A stretch of 64,000 bases of DNA from Octopus vulgaris (lineage: Eukaryota). The stretch covers positions 222,208,001-222,272,000 of the forward strand of contig OX597814.1 in assembly GCA_951406725.2 (NCBI GenBank), read 5' to 3'. Under the pieces are notes generated by a model. That model had not been told where the DNA came from. It searched no databases and saw nothing but the letters and a program-made list of their open reading frames with translations. Below are positions 13,468 to 26,200 of this stretch, piece after piece; within the stretch, counting starts at the first letter, position 1; each line of letters starts with the position of its first letter. Position numbers and translations under genes: made by a program.

Positions 13468-14239
13468 CTGTAAATAGCAAGAAAAAGTATAAGTTAAATA
13501 CAGTAAAGTAAGAACAATCAGTGAAATAAAGAATAAAGCACCCAGATATAGTATATATGGAAACATGTCGATACCTCATAGTTAATATCATCATAACAAA
13601 TAACGATTAAGTAAACTTACATGTAGCTTTAAAGTAGCATTCTATTATAACTTTACAATTGCCTGCGTAGAGATGGCGAATTCCTTCTCTTGGAATTCAA
13701 AACTGAGTTTTGAAACTGATAAGTACTATAAAGGCCTCAGCAAATACTTCACTACAGCCGGGTATTTTCACATAATTCACACTTTTTGCCATATCTTTTC
13801 CGGAGAAAAAATATTTCTGAATATGTCATTGATAATTATTTCAGTGCTAACGTAAAAATAAATGAAGATCTATAACTTCTTAGATTTCTCAGGACGGAAT
13901 AGTTAAACTAATTTTATTCGATGAATGAGATTGAGAGATTAGGACGATTTGACGTGTCTTGGAATTATAACATAATAACACATTTATTTATGAATTAAAA
14001 ATTAAGCACAAGTCCGACTACTTTTTAGTGTGTGTAGGGGGGGGGGCAATGTTAGGGACTGTATTATTCGATGCCACCGACACTGTACGGGACTAGTATC
14101 TTGTTTCAGCATGTGTGGAGAGAGAGTAATGGTTATGGTAGACTAGGTGAAATTAAACCTCGGATGTAATGACGGGGAACAAATGCCACAGCATTTGCAG
14201 CAATAACGAAACTTTATAATTACAGAGAACTGAAAAAAT

Positions 14240-14415
14240 TTTGGCACAAGGCCAGCCCGTCCGGAAGTGGGTGGTTAAATCGATTACATCGACATCAGTG
14301 CTCAACTGGTAAATATTTTATTAACCTTCGGCGTAATTTGAACACAAAACGTGGAGACGGACGAAATGCTGCTAACTTTTTTGCCTTGCGTGCTAACGAT
14401 TTTCCCTGCTCGCTG
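14240..14415 (-). mobile_element. Degenerate SINE family B
   Basis: ggcacaaggcc..atcgattacatcgac..gctcaactggt..gtgctaacg similar to intact family B copies. Confidence 0.6.
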
Positions 14416-14765
14416 CTTTGACAACTGTAAATATTGATAAAATTTATGAAATAAACGTTTCAAAAATGCTAGTTCTCCGGACAAATTTCTTGTTATCGAA
14501 TGTTGATTCAGTAAATTATAACCATTGCTCCACCAAAATTTTGTCTTGTGAAAAGTTGAAGGAATTATATTATTACGGATACTGAAAGGAATCACCGCAG
14601 AACTGAAATTCTAGTAATCCTGCATATACCAGAATATCTTGCTGTGTAGTATGAAGTACGTAAGAGCCGATACAATGACCATCCTGTGTTCAGCAAATTA
14701 TAGCAACTATCGTCGTCAATTGAATTAAGTTGCAAATGTTTCAAAGCTCTCCCCCACCTCTCTCC

Positions 14766-14862
<97 letters not shown>

Positions 14863-15077
14863 CAGTAATCCATCGACTATCGTGGTTTTTACGTTTCAAA
14901 ACCTCGCGCGATAGATGAAAATCGGCGAAGTAGAAACCGTACAGTACTGTATTTTTTATTGTTTTTTTTATATTTTTATATATTTGTATATATTTATTTT
15001 ATTATAATGCAAAACAATACCACAGGGGAATCGACGTAAGCTTAAATAGTAAACCGCGATATGGCGAGGGATTACTG
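14863..15077. mobile_element. Tc1/mariner-superfamily (Tigger/pogo-like) MITE
   Basis: Terminal inverted repeats CAGTAATCC(A/C)TCG..TATCG(T/C)GGTTT at both ends; right end followed by TA. Confidence 0.8.
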
Positions 15078-15219
15078 TATATATACATATATATATGGTA
15101 CCAGTGAAATCTTTGAAAGAAGTGAATGATAAATGCTTCTCATGGCTATGAGATGTTTTAACTCTTATTTGTAGCAATACTGACTAGTGCCATCAACTAC
15201 TTTAGTGACGTATATATAT

Positions 15220-15459
15220 ATGTCTTGCCTTCGAAACACGCCTGAGTTAACTAGCGACAGCTGATGACGGTGGACTTTTCCTTGTGTAGTATCTCCTGTA
15301 CTTGTTTTCTTGTTGTTAAAATTTTTTTGTTTTTCCCGTTTCTACGTCTTGTTGTAGTGTCCTGTACTTACGTATATTTATTTATATATGCATGTATATA
15401 TACATGTAGATGTAGGTACGTACATATATGTTTGTATGTATGCATATATTTTTATTTAT

Positions 15460-15514
<55 letters not shown>

Positions 15515-15862
15515 TTGTTTTTTTATCTCGCCTCACACACACACATACACACACGCACACGCACACACTATGTTGCGTTACCAACCTTGTCTCCACTCTT
15601 TTGCCTTTAAAAACCTACTTTGCTCTTGTTATCGTAAACTTCCGCCTTTCACCATGTGTAACTCGTAAACACCAGTCGTTTTTTTTCTCTATCCCTGTTG
15701 CCCGCTTTGGGATCTTTCTTTCCTCTCTCTTCCTTCTTTATGTTTCCGACGAAGAGCTCCGCTCGAAACGTCATACCTTCTTGCTTCCATTTCCTGAGCG
15801 CCTATTAATAATAATACTGTAATTGTTCCATTGTTGTTGTTTTTTTTTTTCCCGTTTGGATT

Positions 15863-15868
<6 letters not shown>
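15220..15868 (+). mobile_element. Non-autonomous Penelope-like remnant interrupted by (TA)n, containing a hammerhead-like motif
   Basis: 3' part shares CCGACGAAGAGCTCCGCTCGAAACG..TTTCCTGAGCG..GTTTGGATTAA with 46893 and 49878; ends in (TA)n; 5' part (cagctgatga..tgtcctgtac) resembles the arms at 44104-44405. Confidence 0.6.
15742..15776 (+). ncRNA. Minimal type-I hammerhead-ribozyme-like motif (GUC site)
   Basis: GTTT-CCGACGA-A-GAGC(TCC)GCTC-GAAA-CG-TC-ATAC. Confidence 0.5.
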
Positions 15869-15922
<54 letters not shown>

Positions 15923-15939
15923 TCTAAGCCTGGCACAGT

Positions 15940-16938
15940 TATTCTATTGTTTTGTTTATGCCAAAACTGCTAAATTACGGAGAGTTAACACGCCAACACC
16001 GGCTGTGAAGTGGTGATGGGCGACAAACCGGCACAAGAGCACAGGCAGACACACACAAATACGCACGCACGCACACACACAGACACACACAAATACGCAC
16101 GCACTCACACACACACACACACACACATACACATACGACGGGCTTTCAGTTTCCGTCTGCCAAATCTACTCACAAGGCTATGGTTGGCCCGAGCGTTTAG
16201 TAGAAGACACCCAAGATGTCACTGTGCACGGAACTATGTGGTGTTTAGAAAGCAACCTTCATGCCAGACAGCCACACACACACACACACACACACAGACA
16301 CATACGACGGGCTTTCAGTTTCCGTCTGCCAAATCTACTCACAAGGCTATGGTTGGCCCGAGCGTTTAGTAGAAGACACCCAAGATGTCACTGTGCACGG
16401 AACTATGTGGTGTTTAGAAAGCAACCTTCATGCCAGACAGCCACACACACACACACACACAGACACATACGACGGGCTTTCAGTTTCCGTCTGCCAAATC
16501 TACTCACAAGGCTATGGTTGGCCCGAGCGTTTAGTAGAAGACACCCAAGATGTCACTGTGCACGGAACTATGTGGTGTTTAGAAAGCAACCTTCATGCCA
16601 GACAGCCACACACACACACACACACAGACACATACGACGGGCTTTCAGTTTCCGTCTGCCAAATCTACTCACAAGGCTATGGTTGGCCCGAGCGTTTAGT
16701 AGAAGACACCCAAGATGTCACTGTGCACGGAACTATGTGGTGTTTAGAAAGCAACCTTCATGCCAGACAGCCACACACACACACACACACAGACACATAC
16801 GACGGGCTTTCAGTTTCCGTCTGCCAAATCTACTCACAAGGCTATGGTTGGCCCGAGGGTTTAGTAGAAGAGACCCAAGATGTCACTGTGCACGGAACTA
16901 TGTGGTGTTTAGAAAGCAACCTTCATGCCAGACAGCCA
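15940..16938 (-). repeat. SINE family A whose 5' half is amplified as a 5-unit tandem array
   Basis: Units start at 16132, 16301, 16466, 16631, 16796 (periods 169, 165, 165, 165 bp); unit sequence is a diverged SINE A head bounded by (CA)n. Confidence 0.92.
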
Positions 16939-17526
16939 CATACAAACACACACACAGACACACACAAACGAACAAACAAACGCATGTACGTGTCAGGAAG
17001 TGATATGAATCGTCAACCCTTCAGTTCGAACCCATACATCTTAAATAGAAATTAATTCATTATCTAAACGTTGTAAATTTGCTCTGTTAGTCTAAAAGAG
17101 ACTAAAGAAATACCTGACAAATCCACCATAGAATAACTTCTATAATGTGCACAGCGTTTTAGGAACTTGTCTCGTTAAGAGAATCATGTTAATCAATTAG
17201 CAACAGTTTCGACGAAACCTAATTTTCAGAGAGAAACACTGTGTTTGAATTCATTTGTGCAACGAGTGCGGAAAGCTTGCCAAATGTTTAATATATCCAA
17301 TTAACTTCTGTTGTACTAAATGACTTGACGCTGTATATTTATTGTCATAATTATTTCAATAGTCATTTTGTGATGTCTACTGGGCGTTCAGGAGAAAAGG
17401 TAACAATTATTGAAGATGGTACAGTTGGCAACAATCGAATTATCACATTTCGCTATCATTCCCACATTCTTTCTCTCATATATATTAATTCTTTTCTCAA
17501 CGTCTCCAATATTCTTTGTTTTGCTG

Positions 17527-17607
<81 letters not shown>

Positions 17608-17641
17608 ATATATATATCTATCTCAGTCTCTCTGTCTCTGA

Positions 17642-17673
<32 letters not shown>

Positions 17674-17734
17674 CTTTCTCTCTATATTTATATATATATA
17701 TATATATGTATGTATATATATATTTATATATATG

Positions 17735-17791
<57 letters not shown>

Positions 17792-17848
17792 GTATGTATA
17801 TACATGCATGTACTCGTGTGTGTGTGTGTATGTATGTATGTTTGTGTG
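17527..17848. repeat. Compound microsatellite (TCTA)n-(TC)n-(TA)n-(TG)n
   Basis: Direct reading. Confidence 0.95.
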
Positions 17849-18196
17849 CACGAGACATTCGCCAAAATTCTCTCACTAACGATTTCCTAAAATCTATAAG
17901 TCTTAATCAAAAATACCTCCCTTGAGCTAGTATAATAAATAACAGAAGAATATATCAACAATAATCTTTACATTTATTTTTATTTAGTAGTTTTGCTCTT
18001 TAGTATTGGTGCACGTTAATGCCAGCTGCTTTGTAAATTAAATCGATGCAAGAAAATCATAAATTTTATTCTCTGAACATTTTCCCCGTTTCTTTCCACA
18101 TAACATATATTTATTTTTTACTTACATATTTATCTCTTGATCAATTGCCAGGATATTATGAGCTAGTGAGTAACGGGCCGCATGGCTTAAATTAGA

Positions 18197-18230
<34 letters not shown>

Positions 18231-18449
18231 ATGTGTAAATAAAGAGAGAGAGAAAGTGGGGATATACATCTCTCCATAAAAATTAACCTAAATTATTGCT
18301 TTTAACGAACACATTATTTTGATCTACTGTAAAGCATGTATACATGCGCGTCCAGACATATGCGCACTCCCTAAGATACACGTTCGCATTCATAAGCATT
18401 CATACACACGCTGACACATAAATGTATATGTGAATAGGCATATTCAAAA

Positions 18450-18743
18450 TGTATATATACACATGCATATACATTTACATGCATATATACATATGTGTAC
18501 ATATAGATATATACATATATATATGCACACATATACTAAATAGATACACTCACATATATATATATATATATAAATATCTATATATGTATGTATATGTGTG
18601 TATATATATACATATATATATATATGTGTATGTATATATATATATATACATATGTATATATATATATGATATATATATACATATATATATGCACGTATGT
18701 ATGTATATATATATATATATATATATACATACATACATATTTA

Positions 18744-18786
<43 letters not shown>

Positions 18787-18790
18787 CACA
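18450..18790. repeat. Degenerate (TA)n/(CA)n microsatellite
   Basis: Direct reading. Confidence 0.93.
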
Positions 18791-19682
18791 TACACTAAAT
18801 TTCATGCAATGCAGAGTGGTGCAGAGTATCAGGCCAACGTCGGGATAACTATTTTAGAGGACCTCATTTTGGTTCGGTCTTGATAAAGAAGCATGATCAT
18901 CAGGACCATGGCAATTTTTCCGAGTCAATAGAAATAATGACCCATCGCTAAACATAGACCTGAATTCGAATAATGATGCAAGTCTCTCAATCAATCAATG
19001 TGGAATTGTTTCATATAGTATTGAATACGCATTTGATCAACTGCCAGGATTTAATAAACGCAGGCGCATATTCTAGATGATGACAACGTTTAAATTAGAG
19101 AAAAAGCATACGAGAACGTGGGTAAATATTAAGCGCAAAATTTAACGAACGGGCAAAATGAAGATCAATACATGTGTTAGTGCGTCGTGCGCGAAGACGT
19201 GTGCTGTGTGTGTGTGTGTGTGAGTGTTTGTATGTGTGTATGCGTGCGTGTGTATGTGTACTTTTGTTCATCTCTCTCTCTCTCTCACTCCCACTTTCTC
19301 CCTCTCTACATATGTATATATATATAAATATAAATATGATATAAATATAAATGTGTGTGTGTGTGTTTTATTAAATATACACATGTGATACGTTCAGAGT
19401 CACTAATCGAGAATCTAAAAATTCGTTTGTGCTCAGGCGCTGTAAAGTTAGCTGTAAAAGTAATTGCATATCGCCTAAAGGAAAGATTTCTCGAAAAATC
19501 TGTACACAGACACAGAAGACATCCGTTCGTTACATTTAATGCACACACGCATACACATACACACAGGTGCCCACATACATACGCACACACACATACACAC
19601 CAATTCACACATTCATATACCTACATATACAGGCTCACAGACATTTAAGTATACACACACACATATGCAAACGCACACACAC

Positions 19683-19714
<32 letters not shown>

Positions 19715-20131
19715 TACTCTTTTACTCTTTTACTTGTATCAGTCATTTGACTGCGGCCATGCTGGAGCACCACCTTTAATCGAGCAATTCGAGCCGGGGA
19801 CTTATTCTTTGTAAGCCCAGTACTTATTCTATCGGTCTCTTTTTGCCGAACCGCTAAGTTACGGGGACATAAACACACCAGCATCGGTTGTCAAGCGATG
19901 TTGGAGGGGGACAAACACAGACACACAAACACACACGCACATATACATATATATATATACATATATACGACGGGCTTCTTTCAGTTTCCGTCTTCCAAAT
20001 CCACCCACAAGGCTTTGGTCGGCCCGAGGCTATAGTAGAAGACACCCGCCCAAGGTGCCACGCAGTGGGACCGAACCCGGAACCATGTGGTTGGTAAGCA
20101 AGCTACTTACCACACAGCCACTCCTGCGCCT
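19715..20131 (-). mobile_element. tRNA-derived SINE family A, full length
   Basis: Head AGGCGCAGGAGTGGCTGTGTGGT..GGTTCGGTCCC; tail of (AGTAAAAG)-like repeats. Confidence 0.9.
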
Positions 20132-20152
20132 AGACACACATACACATATTCA

Positions 20153-20945
20153 CAGTGCGATAGATAAATTGTCACCATATTACATTTTTAATTTCGCAGA
20201 TTCGCATTGTTTGTTTTTGATTTTGTCGCCTACACAGTATAGTAGGATCAGTTGGGCAACATCTGTGAGAAAAACTGCATCATGATGCATTTCATTCTGC
20301 CAAAAATTTGAAAAATAAACGACATGCTGTACTGCTTGGCATTCGCACCGAAAACTCCAATACGAACATTTCGGAGTGTTTGGGTGTAAGTCTGGGGACA
20401 GTGCAATCTGAGGACGTGTAACGAGAGTGATAAAAATCAAACATCCACTCAACACCATGATGTTTGGAGGAATCACCAATGATGATGACCTTGTGCCTCA
20501 ATTCATCTCTCCACATGGCCTCAGACTCAACACGGAGGCCTACATCAAGTGCCTCGAGGAAGTAATGCTGCGCCGGGTGAAGAGGGTGTCTGCTGGAAGA
20601 ACCCAGTCATGGCTGTCAGACAATTTCTGCGACCACATCAGCCGTAACATCTGGCGATCTAACACCCCAGATTGCAACTCCTTTGATTATTATGGGGCGC
20701 AGTTAAGCGAGAGACCAACAGCTTTCACCAACTTAAAAAGGTGACCGTCCAGAAGAGTTGCAGGAGTTTACAAAGTCGTCGTCTGGAGGCCGTCGTTGAA
20801 GCCAATAGCAATTTTATTGAATAAATTTATTCTTTAATATTTCAAGATATCTTTTTGTAATTTTCGTAAATATATATGTTAAAATGAGATGTCAGTGTTA
20901 TTTTAGTTTTTGCGCAATTTAGACGACAATTTATTCACCGCACTA
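20153..20945 (+). mobile_element. Internally deleted Tc1/mariner DNA transposon (maT/DD37D-like)
   Basis: TIR-like ends CAGTGCGATAGATAAATTGTC and GACAATTTATTCACCGCACTA; residual transposase KHPLNTMMFG..PHGLRLNTEAYIKCLEEV..NIWRSNTPDCNSFDYY (WPPNSPDLNPLDY-type); the QQDxAPxH segment is missing. Confidence 0.88.
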
Positions 20946-22728
20946 TATATGTATGTATATATATATGTGTATGTATGTATGTATGTATGTATGTATGTAT
21001 GTATGTATGTATGTATGTATGTATGTGTGTGTGTCTGTGTGTGTATGCATGCATGTATGTATAGAGTTATGTGAGTGTAATCACGTAAATACACAAATAC
21101 TAGAATATACATATTCATATACACAATGATGTGTAGACGTAAAAACACGCACACTCATGCATATGGTTACCTGTGCGTGTGCTTCTCTGTGCATATTCTA
21201 TTTTAGCATACACTCAAGCAGACATACATCAAAGATAAATACAATAACAAAAACCTAAAATACCGGTAAAAAAACAAAAATAATGAACACACTACCTAAC
21301 TAAAAATACAAATTTGTTGACCGACAGACTATAGATGATGTTTTAATATATTCTAAGAAGAATATGTGTATTGCAAACAGCTGCAAATTTATTAGAAACT
21401 ACAAAGTTGTAAAAAAGAATCTTAACTCTATTTTTCATAGTCGTGTCATAATTTCGGATATATGTATGCGTGTATTTTCCTTATTATTGATTTATTAAAA
21501 ATAAAATTCTTAGATTATCTGACATAAAATATAACATTAAATATAAAGAATTTCCGTGACATACGCTCATTTTTTAAAATAATTTTTAACACAAATGTTA
21601 GAGAGATAATAGAGAGAGAGGGGGAAAGAGAGAGTGGGGAGAGAGAGAAAGAGAGAGAGGGAAGAGAGATCGATACATATGTATATACATAGATCCATAT
21701 AGACAGATATACATATATACATACAAATATATATATATATATATATATATACATACACACACACATATATATATATTTACATATATCAGTATAGATATAC
21801 ATGCATGTATATACATAGACACACACACACACACACATATATATTTGTTCGACTGTGCCTTCTAAAGCGGTGAGCCAGAATGGTAGCAGTCCACTGATTG
21901 AAACCAGTAAAAGAAACGCACATACACATACACACACACACACACATACACATACACACACACGCATACACACATTATACATATATACACATTTATTCAC
22001 TGTGTTTAAATCAGTATTTCTTTATACATGCAACAAGTTGTTTTCAGTGAGTGTGAGTATTTAGTTATTGAAATTGATTCCACAATTTTGCTTTATGGAA
22101 TTCTATGCTTTTGCTTTTATTATATAGTGGTGGTATTGGTAGGTTCGTTGCTATAAAGTGACTGCATGAAATTCACAATATTCCTCGTCTTCATGTCATT
22201 ACCTAGCAGCACGGCCTCATGAAAATCGACAATATTTTAAGGACGTATACGGATAGCTGTCTATCAAGTAGTTCAACAACCAGCTAGGGTTGTTAATATA
22301 TCTTAACAAAGATAGAGTAGCGAAAGTTTCTTGCAAGTTTTATTATATATTTTACTAGTCGTCTTTACTGCTCGTCTTTTCAAAACTTTCATTGCATAGA
22401 ATCTTTTTCTCGAGTAGGCGAAATGGTCAGCTTTTCTATACGCTATCATAAATCAGTACGGTTTAGACCAAGGATCACAAAATTGAAATGGTAATTCCAG
22501 TCTATTTTATGAGCTATGTTAAAACTGAATGTCTCTTGAGTTTTTTCTTTTCATTTTTTATTTACTTCTGGATAAGTGGATCTATCTGTGCGTATTTATG
22601 TGCTTATGTTGAGCAAGGATGTGTGTGTATGCGTGCAGACGTGTGTGTATATATATATATATATGATTGTGTCAGCGCACGCATTTGTTTCTCAATATTT
22701 GTGACATCATGTTTAGATATATATGTAT

Positions 22729-22769
<41 letters not shown>

Positions 22770-23149
22770 GCGTGTGTACATTAATTATTCCTGAATCTCC
22801 TGCTAGTGCGTTGATATACGTATTGTGTGAATACTTTTGTAATATCGCTAAAATGTTAACCCTAACTATTCAATGAAAATCCATTATGCTTGCGTGGTTT
22901 TAGTAAAGAGATGTGGCATCACGAATTTTCCTCTAATATTGTGCTTAGTTCTAAGAAAAAGTTGTATTTTACACGGTATAATTTGCTATCCACTCAGTAA
23001 TTTCACTTCCTACTTCTTGCTTTAGGGACTAGTTACAAATTATTTAATTTCTCTCAGAAGTTGCACTGCTGAACAAATGAAATTTTTATTACACAAGGCT
23101 GATAAATTATTCTCCGTTCAGTTCTGATATTGACACCACAAGAATATAG

Positions 23150-23410
23150 CTTGGAGAAAAAATTTTACATTACTGTCCTATTGTTTAATTCTTTTTTCTT
23201 TACCGAATTCATCCTGCCAGTTGTGCGAACGTCGTTGCCAGCAGGAATTAATGCGTCGTTAGACATCATAATTCTCAGGTCACGAACTGATTCCGATTGA
23301 AGAATTGCAAACTCTTCTGGATCTCATTGTCGAAAGTATGATACGTTAGATGGGAGACATTTTTACATTTTAAATATTAGACAGCATTTTCTGCTCTTCC
23401 GCCTGTCTAT
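23150..23410 (-). mobile_element. Highly decayed CR1-like LINE RT remnant
   Basis: Minus strand reads ..ILQSESVRDLRIMMSNDA.., similar to the CR1 'VRDLGI.....L.F..H' region. Confidence 0.45.
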
Positions 23411-23510
23411 AAATTATATTTTATTATTCCTGTACTTTTCCTTGACAGTTATAGCTAATGAGGGAATCTAGTGTAATTAAGAGCCCAAATGCTTACACAC
23501 ATACGTTTGC

Positions 23511-23541
<31 letters not shown>

Positions 23542-24274
23542 CGCTTATGCATAAATTAATAGCAGTGACGAGAAATACAAACTAACACCAAAATAAATAT
23601 AATTATAGATTTCTTGGTTAAGTTTTTTCGCTCCTAAAAATTTCAAAGTTAGATCATTGCATACATATTGGTAAAGATATAAATGAATGAATAGAGCTGA
23701 AGCTGTAATATTTTCCTAGTGTTTTATTTAGCTGTACGTGTTGTTTCTATCGATTTAAAGCTAACTTAGGGAAAATGTGAAAGGATAAGCAGATGTTACT
23801 ATGCCCTAGAGTTATGCGTCGATGTAGAAATATATTTTATAGTTCTTGTTTAATCTGAGCTGTTCTCAAAGATTTTCTCATAAACATATTCACCTATAAA
23901 TACATGTGTGCGCCAAGCATACAGATGTGATATGCCTATGTATACATACACACACACAGACACACACTCAAACACACACACACATATACATGTACACACA
24001 CATCAACGCACATATAAATTAGTATAGATGTTCTTATTTTCATATGAAAACAGGCAAACAAAAAATATATTAATTGAATAACGAAGTAAATACTTCAATA
24101 CGTAACGTCGAGAAGTGTATATATATTTTTTGCGAGCTGATAAACTGAAAATGATTGCCAAACATTGGACTTCAGACTTTGGTAATACATAAACAAGTAA
24201 TATAGAAACGGTTAAAATTATTTAAGATGGGACGGGCTTATTGAAAGTGTGAACTAGAATTATCAATCCTTTTA

Positions 24275-24450
24275 CTATAGGCATAAATTTGGGGTGAGGG
24301 TGCGTGTCGACTATACGAACTCCAGTGCTCAACTGGTACTTATTTTATCGATCTAGACAGGATTAAAGACAAATTCACCCTCAGTGTAATTTGAAGACAA
24401 AGCGCAAAGCCGGAAGAAATGCCGCAAAGCATTTTGTTCGGCGTGCTTGC
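24275..24450 (-). mobile_element. Degenerate SINE family B
   Basis: ccagtgctcaactggtacttattttatcga..aaatgccgcaaagcatttt..cggcgtgct. Confidence 0.6.
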
Positions 24451-24807
24451 AAGTCTCCCATTTTCAAATTAAGAAATGAAGCTTCGAAATTGGAAAATGT
24501 AGTCTCTAATTTATTTGGGCGAAAAGAAAAGACTAAATCTTCCACAAGAGAATTAAATTGATGAGTCATAAAATTTCATCTGAAGAATTTTAATTTTTTG
24601 TGAAGGTCATAAAAATATTCAAACATTAATGTCATAGAATTTTGAATTCGTTTCCTTTCAAATATTATAACTGCATAATCAGTGTGGTTTTTCAATGTTT
24701 TTAACATATGTTAACTAAAATTAGACCACATGAAGTTTTTCAGTTTTATAACCGCACTTATGACAAAAACCAGCTAATATTTTCTTCAGAAATTATAAAA
24801 CCATATG

Positions 24808-25509
24808 TGCACGTACGTACGTACGTACGTACGTACGTACGTATGTATGTATGTATGTATGTATGTATGTATGTATGTATGTATGTGTGTATGTATGTAT
24901 GTATGTATGTATGTATGTATGTATGTATGTATGTATGTATGTATGTATGTATGTATGTATGTATGTATGTATGTATGTATGTATGTATGTATGTATGTAT
25001 GTACATGCATGCATGCATGCATGCATGCATGTATGTATGTACGTACGTACGTATGTATGTATGTAGGTATGTATGTATGCATGTATGGATGGATGGATGG
25101 ATGTATATGTATGCATGTATGTATGTATGTATGTATGTATGTATGTATGTATGTATGTATGTATGTATGTATGCATGCATGCATGCATGCATGCATGCAT
25201 GCATGTATGTATGTACGTACGTACGTATGTATGTATGTAGGTATGTATGTATGCATGTATGGATGGATGGATGGATGTATATGTATGCATGTATGTATGT
25301 ATGTATGTATGTATGTATGTATGTATGTATGTATGTATGTATGTATGTATGTATGTATGCATGCATGCATGCATGCATGTATGTATGTATGTATGTATGT
25401 ATGTATGTATGTATGTATGTATGTATGTATGTATGCATGCATGTATGTATGTATGTATGGATGGATGGATGGATGGATGTATATGTATGCATGTATGTAT
25501 GTATGTATG

Positions 25510-25541
<32 letters not shown>

Positions 25542-25890
25542 TGTATGTATGTATGTATGTATGTATGTATGTATGTATGCATGCATGCATGCATGTATGT
25601 ATGTATGTATGCATGTATGCATGCATGCATGCATGCATGTATGTATGTACGTACGTACGTATGTATGTATGTAGGTATGTATGTATGCATGTATGGATGG
25701 ATGGATGGATGTATATGTATGCATGTATGTATGTATGTTTGTATATGTATGCATGTATGTATGTATGTATGTATGCATGCATGTACGTATGCATGTATGT
25801 ATGTATGTATATTTGTATGTATGTATGTATGTATGTATGTATGCATGTACGTATGCATGCGTGTATGTATGTATGTATGTATGTATCTGT
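24808..25890. repeat. ~1.1-kb (TATG)n tetranucleotide array with variant units and higher-order structure
   Basis: TATG with CATG, TACG, GATG and TAGG variants in a repeated order. Confidence 0.97.
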
Positions 25891-25908
25891 GTGTGTATGT
25901 TTGTGTGA

Positions 25909-26200
25909 AAGCGCGTGGCCGAGTCATTGCTCTGTTGCACTCCCGACCCTGAGATGGCAGTTTCAACTCCCAGACCAACAATACTTTGTGTCCTTGAGTG
26001 AAACATTTTATTTCACGCTGCTCCTTTCCATTCAGCTGAGAATAGGTAATTCTGCATTAGACATGTGTGCCAAATCCGGGAATCTTTTGTCCTGCACGTC
26101 TATTCTGCAGGGTGACAGCATTCAAAATGTTAAAGAATGTGAAGCATATTGCAACCAGCAACATATAATACATTCAGTGGTCTGGTCGATACTGTGATGT
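25909..26200 (+). mobile_element. tRNA-derived CORE-like SINE (family C head, different 3' half)
   Basis: GCGTGGCCGAGT head, GTTTCAACTCC B-box-like, TGTGTCCTTGAG..TTTATTTCAC core. Confidence 0.65.

Noticed and set aside
16132-16938. Regular repeat array as a CRISPR array or repeat protein (259 and 264 aa ORFs)
   Set aside because: No unique spacers, eukaryotic context, unit is SINE-derived; ORFs result from the 165-bp period
24708-26197. Long ORFs of 289-414 aa (MYVC/HTYI repeats) and many similar YI/HT/N/I-rich ORFs across the window
   Set aside because: Translations of stop-free microsatellites, open in several frames on both strands
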